Virus record (IMG/VR): IMGVR_UViG_3300025383_000009
Reading direction: 5' to 3' (one strand)
Source: a virus
Taxonomy: Duplodnaviria; Caudoviricetes
Length of the DNA: 64,000 bases
This document shows, piece by piece, positions 1 to 10,285 of this stretch. The translations under genes were made by a program, and so were the position numbers. Numbering within the stretch: the first letter of the stretch is position 1; each line of letters starts with the position of its first letter. The notes beneath the pieces are model-generated. The model was not told the DNA's origin. It ran no database searches and saw only the letters and a list, made by a program, of their open reading frames with translations.

Positions 1-10
1 GATATAACTG

Positions 11-1378
11 ATGAAACTGGAACAAACGATATTAAAGAATCTGATTTACAATGAAGACTACTTACGAAAAGTATTACCATTTCTAAAGGCGGAATATTTT
101 GCTGACAAATCAGAAAAGATTCTTTTTGAAGAAACGGAAAAATTTACTACCTCGTATAATGCCGCACCGACTATCGAGGCGCTTTCAATCGCTGTTAAGG
201 AGAAATCAGCACTCACAGCTGAAGAAGTTGAGAAATCTGAAAATCTTCTCAGCGAGATTCGCAAAGATAGCCAAGATAAAACGGAGATACAATGGCTAAT
301 TGATAAGACTGAAAAGTTTTGTCAAGAGAAAGCCGTCTATAATGCCGTTCTAAATTCAATTACTATTCTTGACGGCAAAGATAAAACTCACGATAAAGGC
401 GCAATACCTCAAATTCTTGCTGATGCACTATCAGTATCTTTCGACAGAAATGTTGGTCATGATTATTTGGAGAACTCCGATGAACGATTTGAATTCTATC
501 ATAGAAAAGAAGAAAGAATTCCATTTGATTTGGAATACTTTAACAAAATTACGAATGGCGGTCTACCGTCAAAGACACTCAATATTGCTTTGGCTGGAAC
601 AGGAGTCGGTAAGAGCTTGTTTATGTGCCATGTTGCTGCTTCTTGCATGGTTCAAGGTAAGAATGTTCTTTATATCACTTTAGAAATGGCGGAAGAAAAG
701 ATTGCTGAACGAATTGATGCTAATCTTCTCAACGTAACACTAGATGATTTGAAAGAATTACCTAAAGACATCTATGATAAGAAAGTATCCAAAGTCAGAG
801 ATATGACTACAGGCAAACTTATCATTAAAGAATATCCGACCGCTTCAGCATCTGCTATTCATTTCAGGACATTATTAAATGAACTCAATCTTAAAAGGAA
901 TTTTATTCCTGATATTATCTTTATTGATTATCTTAATATTTGTTGTTCCGCTAGAATCAAACCTGGCGCCTCAATCAACTCTTACACATATGTTAAAGCC
1001 ATTGCTGAAGAATTACGTGGTCTTGCCGTAGAAACTAATGTGCCGATTGTTTCAGCAACTCAAACGACAAGAAGTGGTTATACAAGTTCCGATCCAGGCC
1101 TTGAAGATACTTCCGAATCATTTGGTTTACCAGCAACTGCCGATTTGATGTTTGCTTTGATTGCTTCAGAAGAACTTGATGAACTTGGCCAAATTATGGT
1201 TAAACAATTAAAAAATCGATATGCTGATCCAACACATTATAAGAGATTTACAGTTGGTATTGACCGTGCTAAAATGAAACTCTATGATATTGAACAATCT
1301 GCTCAAACAGGTCTTGCTGATGCTGGTCATGGTCATCAAAAACCACAAACGAAGAAATTTGAAGGCTTTAAAGTATGA
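11..1378 (+). CDS. gp41: T4 gp41-like replicative DNA helicase (DnaB family)
   Basis: Walker A AGTGVGKS, YITLEMAEE, Walker B IFIDYL, SATQTTR and QLKNRY motifs; 455 aa, no intein. Confidence 0.95.
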   Translation: MKLEQTILKNLIYNEDYLRKVLPFLKAEYFADKSEKILFEETEKFTTSYNAAPTIEALSIAVKEKSALTAEEVEKSENLLSEIRKDSQDKTEIQWLIDKTEKFCQEKAVYNAVLNSITILDGKDKTHDKGAIPQILADALSVSFDRNVGHDYLENSDERFEFYHRKEERIPFDLEYFNKITNGGLPSKTLNIALAGTGVGKSLFMCHVAASCMVQGKNVLYITLEMAEEKIAERIDANLLNVTLDDLKELPKDIYDKKVSKVRDMTTGKLIIKEYPTASASAIHFRTLLNELNLKRNFIPDIIFIDYLNICCSARIKPGASINSYTYVKAIAEELRGLAVETNVPIVSATQTTRSGYTSSDPGLEDTSESFGLPATADLMFALIASEELDELGQIMVKQLKNRYADPTHYKRFTVGIDRAKMKLYDIEQSAQTGLADAGHGHQKPQTKKFEGFKV

Positions 1379-2487
1379 TAAGTTTACATAGAGAAGATGC
1401 TTTACATTGTTCTAAAGTGTTCCAAGATTACTTCGATAATTTTGAGAATATAGAACAATACATGAGAGATGAAAAACTAAAGCATGTAGAAAGTATTCCA
1501 TCATCTTTATTTCCGCCAGAAGATGATTTGTTTTCAGACTTTTCTATGCATCCAAATGATATGGATATCGAAGTTTGTGAATTACCAAATGAAACATGGG
1601 AAACACTTTTGGCAATAACATCATCTCATGTTAATAAAGCACCAGTTGGCAGAAATATACAATTGGCAGTTAGAGAGAAAAACACAGGAAAGATACTAGG
1701 ATTCATTCGTTTAGGTTCTCCAGTCATTTATATGAGACCAAGAAATGAAATGCTAGGACAAGTGTTCTCGCAAACAACGGAGGGTGCTAAACTCTTTAAT
1801 GACAGCAGTATTATGGGTTTTGTGATTGTTCCATCTCAACCATTTGGTTTCAATTATCTAGGTGGTAAATTACTAGCTGCCATTTGCACATCACATACCG
1901 TTAGAGAGATATGTAATAAAAAATATGGTATGAATCTGTGTCTATTTGAAACTACCAGTCTTTATGGTAGTAGTAAAGCGGTATCTCAATATGACGGTAT
2001 GAAACCATTCATTCGATTTAAAGGTTTAACTGATTCGGATGTTGTACCAATGATGCACGGTGAAAGATATAATGACTTAAAGACTTTTGTTGAAAGCAAA
2101 GTTGGTGACATATTAGAAGGTGAAGAATCATCTACTAGTAGAAAGTTAAGAACATTTACCAAGATTATTGCTATGACTAAAGCTGCATTAAAAGGAACAC
2201 CAGAAGGTGATACATTCTTGAAGACGATTGAGAATGCTAAAAGTCTAACAGAAAAGAAAAGATATTTTGTTTCAGACTATGGTTTTAAGAATATGGTTGA
2301 TTTTGTCAATGGCAAAGCAGATACATTAATACCTGGTGAAAACTACGAAAAGCATGAATTAAACAATATTATTGCTTGGTGGAAGAATAAGGCATCTAAT
2401 CGTTATGATACATTGAAAGCGGAAGGTCGATTAAGAACAGAACTCGAAGTTTGGACATCTGGTAAAGACATACAAATTATTAGATAA
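1375..2487 (+). CDS. DUF4338/DruA-like protein (GNAT-like fold)
   Basis: PFGFNYLGGKLLA and FETTSLYG..SQY motifs recalled for DUF4338; overlaps gp41 stop (ATGA). Confidence 0.6.
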   Translation: MISLHREDALHCSKVFQDYFDNFENIEQYMRDEKLKHVESIPSSLFPPEDDLFSDFSMHPNDMDIEVCELPNETWETLLAITSSHVNKAPVGRNIQLAVREKNTGKILGFIRLGSPVIYMRPRNEMLGQVFSQTTEGAKLFNDSSIMGFVIVPSQPFGFNYLGGKLLAAICTSHTVREICNKKYGMNLCLFETTSLYGSSKAVSQYDGMKPFIRFKGLTDSDVVPMMHGERYNDLKTFVESKVGDILEGEESSTSRKLRTFTKIIAMTKAALKGTPEGDTFLKTIENAKSLTEKKRYFVSDYGFKNMVDFVNGKADTLIPGENYEKHELNNIIAWWKNKASNRYDTLKAEGRLRTELEVWTSGKDIQIIR

Positions 2488-2490
2488 ATA
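2483..2490 (+). promoter_or_regulatory. T4 late-promoter-like box GATAAATA
   Basis: One mismatch to TATAAATA; 6 nt before ORF 2497; same TTAGATAAATA context as 19283. Confidence 0.45.
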
Positions 2491-2496
2491 AGGCTT

Positions 2497-3747
2497 ATGG
2501 CAGATAAAACCACACTATCGGAATCATCTCAAGCACTCTTTTGTGCTTTGGCAGATTATGTCTTATTGACTAGCGGTAAAAAAGGTGTATCTGATTTATT
2601 TAATATTGATTTATATAAGTCATATGAGGTGTTTGCTAAATATTGGGACAGTTTATACAAAACTAAATCAATAGAATCTATTTTTCACTCGCATGTAGAA
2701 TCACCTGCTATATCATATAAAGATATAGTTAAGTTTTTAAAAGAAAATCCTGATTGGTTTATTTCTTCTGTTCTCATAGCAAAAAAACTTATAGAAGATA
2801 TTGATAAAGTTATTACAAATTTTAAAGGTATAAAAAAACCTAAAGCAGCAGAAATATGGTTTGTTCGTGGTGATAAACCAGTAATGAAAAATATTGAAGA
2901 GCTTTTTAAGAAAGCTAATGAAACACAAAAAGAATTTAATAAAACAAAAGGTGCTAAAAAAGGCGCTGTCTTTGCAAACCTTAACAAATGGTCACCTGCT
3001 GATATTTACTTTGCTTCAGATTTAGCAAGAGATAATATTGAAGAGGCTGTAAAAAATAATTCTGGTAAAGATAAAAAAGGATATAGTTTTGCTGATTTAA
3101 ATGTATTGATTAGTGATTTGATTGATGGTGGGCAATTACTTCCATTATCACTAAAAAAACAAACTAAACAAGTTGTATTACAAAAAGTTAATTTTGATAG
3201 AAAACAAGAGTTAGATGAAATTAAAAAATTCTCATTTAATGGAACAAATAACTTTAAAAAGTATACACCAAAATCACCTCAACCTAGATATTTGAGTATC
3301 TATCTAGATAAAACTGATAAGAAAAAAACTATTATTATGAGGCATGATCCATCATCAAATGCTTTCAAAGCTGAATTTGTGGTATCTGGTGGAGAAGCGA
3401 GAGGAGGCTCAGTAAGTTCATCCGATGTATTTTATTCACTATTTGCTTTAATAGATGAGCAATTTGCTAGTAAATTTTATTCAACGCTTGAAAAAGTTAA
3501 AAAAGAATTTAACAAAAAAGTTAAAGATATGGGAGAAAATCCTGGCAAATCAAACAAAAAGTTAAAAGAAGCATACGATAATATTAGAGAAGAATATAGT
3601 GCTTTAATTGTAACCAATGTTCTTATACCAGAGATAGTTAGTTTTTTAGATAAAGATAAAAATAGAAGTGACAAATTTGTTCGATTGATGTACCAATATG
3701 TCACATCTAGAACAGAAGAATCCAGTAAATTTGTAATAGCAAAATAA
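2497..3747 (+). CDS. Hypothetical protein, possible PD-(D/E)xK nuclease-like
   Basis: 416-aa ORF with KWSPADIY...LPLSLKK motif pair. Confidence 0.45.
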   Translation: MADKTTLSESSQALFCALADYVLLTSGKKGVSDLFNIDLYKSYEVFAKYWDSLYKTKSIESIFHSHVESPAISYKDIVKFLKENPDWFISSVLIAKKLIEDIDKVITNFKGIKKPKAAEIWFVRGDKPVMKNIEELFKKANETQKEFNKTKGAKKGAVFANLNKWSPADIYFASDLARDNIEEAVKNNSGKDKKGYSFADLNVLISDLIDGGQLLPLSLKKQTKQVVLQKVNFDRKQELDEIKKFSFNGTNNFKKYTPKSPQPRYLSIYLDKTDKKKTIIMRHDPSSNAFKAEFVVSGGEARGGSVSSSDVFYSLFALIDEQFASKFYSTLEKVKKEFNKKVKDMGENPGKSNKKLKEAYDNIREEYSALIVTNVLIPEIVSFLDKDKNRSDKFVRLMYQYVTSRTEESSKFVIAK

Positions 3748-3748
3748 T

Positions 3749-4201
3749 ATGACACTAGACGATATACAACATTCAGTTTACCATGGCCAAAAAGGCGTAG
3801 AACAGGCATTTAAAATTGTCGAGGCTTATATCGAAAAGAAAAAAGAAGATTTGCCTGATGTTAGTCGAGCATTAAGAATTGCTAAAAAGAAATTAGAAGA
3901 CATTCCGCCTGGCGTTATCAATCAAATTTCTGTTACAGAAAGATATAGAGATTACTTTAAAAAGATTTTACCTGAAGGTAAGATAAATGACACTAAGGCT
4001 GAAGGCGTAAAGTTGTTAGATAGAATTAGAGAAGATTTAAATCATAGAATACTTGATGCTAAAGAACCATCAACAAAAAGAAATCGTGAATATGAAAAGA
4101 ATGAGATTACTAAATTCTTCCGTAATAACTTTAGTTCCATCGTGGATTTATTAGACCTATATAATTTACTACATGATATTAAAATAGAGATAAACAAATA
4201 A
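3749..4201 (+). CDS. Short paralogue of ORF 12257 lacking the KxDG core
   Basis: HGQKGVEQAF vs HGGKGFTHAF; C-terminal helices align with those of ORF 12257. Confidence 0.55.
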   Translation: MTLDDIQHSVYHGQKGVEQAFKIVEAYIEKKKEDLPDVSRALRIAKKKLEDIPPGVINQISVTERYRDYFKKILPEGKINDTKAEGVKLLDRIREDLNHRILDAKEPSTKRNREYEKNEITKFFRNNFSSIVDLLDLYNLLHDIKIEINK

Positions 4202-4479
4202 TGGCATTAATTGATTTTGATAAGTTAGCAAAACAATATGAATCTGATAATGATTATGGATTTTCAGCAGTATCAGAAGAAGAATATAATTCTGTCATAA
4301 AGAATACAGCACAAACAGCAGATGATTATAAAGCAAGATTGAATGAAGTTGAAAAAATTATTATTCCTTTCCTTACAAAACTCCATTCTACAGGCGATAA
4401 AGAATACATATATTGGCCTAACAGAACACCTATCATAGAGAAACAAATAGAACGAATTTTAAAACTAACTAGAGATTAA
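4201..4479 (+). CDS. Conserved phage hypothetical protein
   Basis: 92-aa ORF coupled to upstream stop (TAATG). Confidence 0.6.
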   Translation: MALIDFDKLAKQYESDNDYGFSAVSEEEYNSVIKNTAQTADDYKARLNEVEKIIIPFLTKLHSTGDKEYIYWPNRTPIIEKQIERILKLTRD

Positions 4480-4481
4480 TT

Positions 4482-5198
4482 ATGAGTGCTACCGTGATTA
4501 TACCTATAACAGGTAATCCTGTTTGTAGGAATGCTATTGAATCTGCTTTAAATCAAACTTACCCAACAACAGTTTATGTTGTAATTGATGGTCAAGAATT
4601 TAAAGGTCCATCTAGTGTTATTGTAAGTGATTATCTTGGTAACAAAAATCTAAAAGTTTGTTATTTACCAATCAATGTTGGTGCCAATGGTTTCTATGGC
4701 CATCGAGTCTATGCTGCATTCAGTCATCTAATAGATACAGAATATGTATTATATCTTGACCAAGATGTATCATTAAAACCTAATCACGTTAAATCTTGTA
4801 TCGATACTATTAAAGAAAAAGACCTAGACTGGTCATACTCATTACGAGAAATCTATGACAAAGATGGAAATTATTCATGTCGAGATGATTGTGAATCACT
4901 AGGTAAATGGCCTGTTTTTAGTGGAGATTATAATCACATAGATACTAATTGTTATTGTATCAAAACAAGTGTAGCAACAAAAATAGCATCAGCATGGCAT
5001 GGCGGTTGGGGTCAAGATAGAATATTCTTTCAAGCTATGGCACAACACTTTCCTAAATTTGATTGCACAGGTGAGTATACAGTAAAATATCAAGTTGATG
5101 GTAATGCAGGTTCAGTAAAGAAAGAATTCTTTGAATACGGTAATAATATTATGACAAACAAATATAATGGAGATTTCCCATGGCGCAAAAAGATTTAA
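4482..5198 (+). CDS. Glycosyltransferase family 2
   Basis: VIIP...AIESALNQTY...VVIDG N-terminus; LYLDQD (DxD). Confidence 0.85.
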   Translation: MSATVIIPITGNPVCRNAIESALNQTYPTTVYVVIDGQEFKGPSSVIVSDYLGNKNLKVCYLPINVGANGFYGHRVYAAFSHLIDTEYVLYLDQDVSLKPNHVKSCIDTIKEKDLDWSYSLREIYDKDGNYSCRDDCESLGKWPVFSGDYNHIDTNCYCIKTSVATKIASAWHGGWGQDRIFFQAMAQHFPKFDCTGEYTVKYQVDGNAGSVKKEFFEYGNNIMTNKYNGDFPWRKKI

Positions 5199-6022
5199 TC
5201 ATTGGTGCATTTACAAACTATAACTACAATCAATTAAAACCTTGGTGTGAATCAATTGATAAGTGTGGTTTTACAGGCGATAAAATTTTAGTTGTTGGTA
5301 AAACTGATAATAATACAATAATAGAATTAGAAAAAAGAAACTTTATATTAATCCCTATGCCGGATTTAGATAATGTTCCTATTCATGTAGCAAGATTTTT
5401 AGCCATCTATGATTATCTACAAGCAACATGGACGAATTATAGATATGTCGTAACAACAGATGTCAAAGATGTTTACTTTCAAACAAACCCAATTGATTTT
5501 ATTGAAAGTGGAAACCATAAACTTGTTATTGCTTCAGAAGGATTAAAATATGAAGATGAATCTTGGGGTGATGAAAATCTCAAACAAGCATACGGTCCAT
5601 ATGTTTATGAATTATTCAAAGATAAAGAAATCTTTAATGTTGGAACATTTGGTGGTCAAGCAGAATATGTAAAAGATATGGTGTTTCATATTTTCACCAA
5701 CGGAGTTAATAGACCTATTCCAATTGTCGACCAAGCAGTATTCAATGTGTTAATCAATACACAACCATTTAAAGATATAGTTTTTAAGACAGTCGATTGG
5801 GCTTGTGAAGCCGGCACAGTTGCTGACCCTTCAAAGATTAACAGATTTAGACCAAATTTATTATGTGATGAACCAACAGTAAAAGATGGTATCGTGTATT
5901 ACAAAGATAAACCATTTGCTATTGTTCATCAATATGATAGAGTTCCACAATGGAAAGAGTTTGTTCGTGTAACATATGGACAAGATGATGAATCACAGAT
6001 GTTTGTTTACAGGACTGCATAA
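5180..6022 (+). CDS. GT-A fold glycosyltransferase-like protein
   Basis: VVTTDVKDVYFQ (DxxD), DQAVFN and IVHQYDR motifs. Confidence 0.7.
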   Translation: MAQKDLIIGAFTNYNYNQLKPWCESIDKCGFTGDKILVVGKTDNNTIIELEKRNFILIPMPDLDNVPIHVARFLAIYDYLQATWTNYRYVVTTDVKDVYFQTNPIDFIESGNHKLVIASEGLKYEDESWGDENLKQAYGPYVYELFKDKEIFNVGTFGGQAEYVKDMVFHIFTNGVNRPIPIVDQAVFNVLINTQPFKDIVFKTVDWACEAGTVADPSKINRFRPNLLCDEPTVKDGIVYYKDKPFAIVHQYDRVPQWKEFVRVTYGQDDESQMFVYRTA

Positions 6023-6837
6023 TGAGTAAAATTTCAATAGTAACGGCTTTCTTTGATATTGGTCGTGGTGAATGGACACCAGATAAAGGACTACCGCATT
6101 ATTTGCATAGAACAACTGATACTTATCTAGAAAGATTTAGTAATCTATGCAAATTGGAAAATGACATTACTGTTTTCACGTCAGATGATTTAAAACATAA
6201 GGTAATTGATATATGTAAAGACCGTTTAGACACAACAAAAATTATTCCAATTGATGTGAATAGTCATTTTTCTAATATGAGAGATTTAATCATTAATGTT
6301 CAAAAAGATCCTGAATTCCAAAAGAAAGTTAATCCTCAACAAGTAAGAAATCCAGAATATTGGAATCCTGATTATGTTCTTGTGACTAATCTGAAAGCAT
6401 ACTTTGCAAATATGGCTGTCAAATATAATTATACACAAAATGATATGGTTGCATGGATTGATTTTGGTTATTGCCGTAGTGAAAATAATATTCCTGCTAG
6501 TAAAATATGGGAATATGATTTTGATGAAACAAAAATTCACCTATTCAATTACAAACCATATGATGATAAACCAATAGACCACGCTGTTCTTAATAATGAT
6601 GTTTATATCTTGGGTGCAAAAGTGGTGGCTCATAAAGATATGTGGCAAAAAATGTCCGACCTAATGACACAATCTTTTGTTGATTTACAAGAAAAAGGTT
6701 TAGTTGATGATGACCAAGGTCTATGGCTACAGTCATATATAAATGAACCTAAGGTATTTGAATTGCATCAGATTCCTGACCATCAGCTTGGTCACGATCC
6801 ATTTGTATTGTTTAATAAATTTAATAATAAAGTTTAA
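6022..6837 (+). CDS. htrL: HtrL/YibB-family protein (LPS-core-locus glycosyltransferase-like)
   Basis: IVTAFFDIGRGEW, NPEYWNPDYVLVTNLKAYF, AWIDFGYCR and DDDQ closely match E. coli HtrL as recalled. Confidence 0.8.
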   Translation: MSKISIVTAFFDIGRGEWTPDKGLPHYLHRTTDTYLERFSNLCKLENDITVFTSDDLKHKVIDICKDRLDTTKIIPIDVNSHFSNMRDLIINVQKDPEFQKKVNPQQVRNPEYWNPDYVLVTNLKAYFANMAVKYNYTQNDMVAWIDFGYCRSENNIPASKIWEYDFDETKIHLFNYKPYDDKPIDHAVLNNDVYILGAKVVAHKDMWQKMSDLMTQSFVDLQEKGLVDDDQGLWLQSYINEPKVFELHQIPDHQLGHDPFVLFNKFNNKV

Positions 6838-6838
6838 T

Positions 6839-7462
6839 ATGATTGATAATTATGAATTGATAGAACCTGGACATTGGTTTCAAAGTAAACCTACCGGTGA
6901 AATTATGAAGTATGATACTAACTATATGCAGTATTATACTAAAATGGACTTTAGTATGTCCAAATTACGTTTTGATTTACTTTCAAAATATGTTAAGTTT
7001 GATTCTATATGTGACTTTGGTTATGGTGATGGAGCATTTCTGAAGTATGCTCACATGAATGGTAAGAAATGTTTTGGACATGATATATCAAACTATCCTC
7101 TCCCAAATGATGTGGAGTTTGTGGCTAATGTCAAAGATGTTGAAGTTGATGTCATTACATTCTTTGATTCTATTGAACATATTCCTTCTCCAAATATCCA
7201 TGAGTTTCTCGGTTCAATTAACACAAAATATGTTATGATATCATTACCATGGATGCACGAAAGAATGGGTGCTGAATGGTTTAGAACATGGAAACACCGT
7301 AAAGAAAATGAACACTTCCATCATTTTGATTCTCATGGATTAATTACATTGATAGACAAAGCAGGATTCATACCAATGTATATCTGTAATCATGAGGATG
7401 AAATTCGTAAACCGGTTTCATACCTTCCAAACATTTTAACTATTATTGCAAAAAAGAGATAA
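6839..7462 (+). CDS. Class I SAM-dependent methyltransferase
   Basis: ICDFGYGDGAFL motif I; FFDSIEHI; start moved to ATG 6839. Confidence 0.8.
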   Translation: MIDNYELIEPGHWFQSKPTGEIMKYDTNYMQYYTKMDFSMSKLRFDLLSKYVKFDSICDFGYGDGAFLKYAHMNGKKCFGHDISNYPLPNDVEFVANVKDVEVDVITFFDSIEHIPSPNIHEFLGSINTKYVMISLPWMHERMGAEWFRTWKHRKENEHFHHFDSHGLITLIDKAGFIPMYICNHEDEIRKPVSYLPNILTIIAKKR

Positions 7463-7464
7463 TC

Positions 7465-8208
7465 ATGCAAGTATATCTTAGCTCAACTGCCAACTTAGGT
7501 GATTTTTTAAATGGCTTTCCTGTTTTGTCTGGTCTTTATAAACAATATGGAAAATTTGACCTCATTGTTAAAAGAGATTTGAATAAATTTAAAGGTATCA
7601 AAGAGTTTTTGAATTATCAAGATATCTTTTCTTCAGTTGAGTTTGATAGTGATGTTTTTGTGTATGGCAGTATCATTAACCTCAGTTCTTGGACTAGAGA
7701 AGAACAAAGTAATCCAAATCGACCAATTGAAACTTGTCGTTATGAAAACTGGTTGAGAGATAACTATCCTAATTTAGAATTTGAAGTTGATGATGATGTA
7801 GAAATTAAAGTACCTGAATTAGATATTGAAATTGAAGATGCTTATTACTGTGGTGACCGATGGGATGCACCAGGCACAGATGATAGAAGAGCAACTGCTG
7901 TTCTATCTCATTTAAAAGATTTTAAATTCTTATCGTATGAAAATTCATTATTGACTAACGCATACATCATTAAAAATCTAAAGAAACCTTTCATTACTAA
8001 TTTTACTGGTGTGGCCGTTCTTGCAGACTTATTAAATGTTTCCTCTTATGTTGTATGGAAAGCAGAAGATTGGAATCCTGAATTCAGAAAAGGTGATAAT
8101 TGTTATTGGGATAATGGTAAAGATATTAATCAAGTATTTAAAAAACATTTCTATTTGGACCGTAAATCTAAACTAGTGCATAATAATGAATTAGAAAGTT
8201 TATTGTGA
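7465..8208 (+). CDS. GT9 (heptosyltransferase)-like protein, divergent
   Basis: LGDFLNGFPVLSGL N-terminal motif; FITNFTGVAVLA resembles the GT9 C-terminal motif. Confidence 0.5.
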   Translation: MQVYLSSTANLGDFLNGFPVLSGLYKQYGKFDLIVKRDLNKFKGIKEFLNYQDIFSSVEFDSDVFVYGSIINLSSWTREEQSNPNRPIETCRYENWLRDNYPNLEFEVDDDVEIKVPELDIEIEDAYYCGDRWDAPGTDDRRATAVLSHLKDFKFLSYENSLLTNAYIIKNLKKPFITNFTGVAVLADLLNVSSYVVWKAEDWNPEFRKGDNCYWDNGKDINQVFKKHFYLDRKSKLVHNNELESLL

Positions 8209-8915
8209 TTATCAATATTATTGAAGGAGTGTTTGGTGGTCCACTTCGTAATGGTGATTTAATTGGTGTTGCAAATGTTATAGCACATTTAAGAAAACAA
8301 ACACCAGAAATTAAGTTTCATATGAAACAAGGCTCAGTTAATTCTGCCGATTATGTGCAGAAGTTTTACCAGTTTATGTTAAAGAATACAGATTATTTTT
8401 CTACTGAACCTGGTGATAAAGAATTAGCGTGGCGAAGAGTCAATCTTTGGGATTTCCGTGATATCATTGGTGACAATGTTATTATACCAAATAATGAACC
8501 TATGCAAAAGAAGATTGTAGTTTGTCCAATCTTTGATGCTCCATATAATGTATATCGTAATTGGCCTCGCCACGTCTTTGAGGAAATTATTGCAAAGTAT
8601 TCAACGAATGAATATAAGGATTATGAAAAGGTAATTTGTGTGCATGACCATTTTGCCAAAGCCTGTGAGTTTGAAGGCTGGAGATACTCTACCAATTTTG
8701 ACCAAAATTTATACCACATTATGACTGCCGAAACATTCATTGGTGGTGACACAGGTACTAGCCATTTTGCTTGGTCGCTTGACAGAGCACCAGCAAATCT
8801 GTTATACTATAATTCTGGTCGGGGTTTAATGCATTGTTTACCATTCTATCTTTTAGAAGGCAAAGGTAAAATAGTTAAGTATTGGCTAGATTTAGAAGGA
8901 ACAACATGGCAGTAA
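8205..8915 (+). CDS. GT9 (heptosyltransferase)-like protein
   Basis: NGDLIG, RNWP and FIGGDTGTSHFA match GT9 D(S/T)GxxHxA. Confidence 0.6.
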   Translation: MIINIIEGVFGGPLRNGDLIGVANVIAHLRKQTPEIKFHMKQGSVNSADYVQKFYQFMLKNTDYFSTEPGDKELAWRRVNLWDFRDIIGDNVIIPNNEPMQKKIVVCPIFDAPYNVYRNWPRHVFEEIIAKYSTNEYKDYEKVICVHDHFAKACEFEGWRYSTNFDQNLYHIMTAETFIGGDTGTSHFAWSLDRAPANLLYYNSGRGLMHCLPFYLLEGKGKIVKYWLDLEGTTWQ

Positions 8916-10285
8916 AGTTAGTTATATTTGACCTTGATGGTGTTTTAATGGACAGTAGAGAGCTACATTATGAAGCTCTCAATCGTGCTATACATACAGT
9001 AACCGATTCATACAACTATATTATTACCCGTGAAGAACATTTATCAAAATATGACGGACTAAACACTACAAAAAAATTACAGATGCTTACTCAAGAAAAA
9101 GGTTTGCATATTGATTGGTATGATGAAATTTGGAAAGAAAAACAAAAACAAACATTTGATTTAATTCATACAGCACCAAAGAATCCTGATATTCTTAAAA
9201 TAATGCATAATCTGAATTCTAAAGGATGGAAGATTGCAGTAGCGTCCAACAGTATTCGTGAAACAGTAAAGACATCTTTATTATGTATGGATATTTTAAA
9301 TTATGTTGATTATTATGTAAGCAACGAAGATGTGTTTAATCCAAAACCATTTCCTGAAATGTATTGGAAATGTATGACAATGATGAAAGCTCTACCTAAA
9401 GATACTATCATTGTGGAAGATTCACATATTGGCCGTGAAGGCGCATTTAACTCTGGTGCACATTTGTATCCAGTAAAAGATGCTTATGATTTGAATGTGG
9501 AAGATTTTTTAAGCTATATTGAAGAATTTGAAGATAGTGGTCGTATAAAATCCATACCTTGGAGAAATAAGAAGATGAATGTATTGATTCCTATGGCAGG
9601 TGCCGGTAGTAGATTTGCTTCAGCAGGTTATACTTTCCCTAAACCATTGATTGAAGTCAAAGGTAAACCAATGATTCAAGTTGTAGTGGATAATCTAAAT
9701 GTAGATGCACATTTTATTTTTATTTGCCAAAAAGAACATTACGAGAAATATAATTTACAATCAGTTTTAAATTTGATTGCGCCCGGTTGTGATATTATAC
9801 AAGTTGATGGTTTGACCGAAGGCGCTGCATGTACCACGTTACTAGCTAAAGAATTAATTAATAGTGACGAACCTCTATTGATGGCAAACTCTGACCAGTT
9901 TGTTGAATGGAATTCAAATGAATGTTTATATGCCTTTACTGCTGATTCTATCGATGGAGGCATTATTACTTTTGAAGCCACTCATCCTAAATGGTCTTAT
10001 GCTAAGTTAGGTGAAGATGGTTTTGTATCTGAAGTTGCAGAGAAGAAACCTATTTCTAATATGGCAACAGTTGGTATCTATTATTGGAAAAAAGGTTCTG
10101 ACTATGTTAAGTATGCAGAACAGATGATTGAAAAGAATATTCGCACTAATAATGAATTTTATGTTTGTCCTGTATTCAATGAAGCTATTGGTGATGGCAA
10201 AAAGATTCGTGTTAAAAATATTAAGAAAATGTGGGGTATTGGTACTCCAGAAGATTTAAATTACTTTTTGGAGCATTACAAATGA
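8906..10285 (+). CDS. Fusion of HAD phosphatase and sugar-phosphate nucleotidyltransferase
   Basis: FDLDGVL, VASNS, KP, VEDS (HAD motifs I-IV); then IPMAGAGSRF...PKPLI and GIGTPEDL; start moved to ATG 8906. Confidence 0.9.
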   Translation: MAVKLVIFDLDGVLMDSRELHYEALNRAIHTVTDSYNYIITREEHLSKYDGLNTTKKLQMLTQEKGLHIDWYDEIWKEKQKQTFDLIHTAPKNPDILKIMHNLNSKGWKIAVASNSIRETVKTSLLCMDILNYVDYYVSNEDVFNPKPFPEMYWKCMTMMKALPKDTIIVEDSHIGREGAFNSGAHLYPVKDAYDLNVEDFLSYIEEFEDSGRIKSIPWRNKKMNVLIPMAGAGSRFASAGYTFPKPLIEVKGKPMIQVVVDNLNVDAHFIFICQKEHYEKYNLQSVLNLIAPGCDIIQVDGLTEGAACTTLLAKELINSDEPLLMANSDQFVEWNSNECLYAFTADSIDGGIITFEATHPKWSYAKLGEDGFVSEVAEKKPISNMATVGIYYWKKGSDYVKYAEQMIEKNIRTNNEFYVCPVFNEAIGDGKKIRVKNIKKMWGIGTPEDLNYFLEHYK

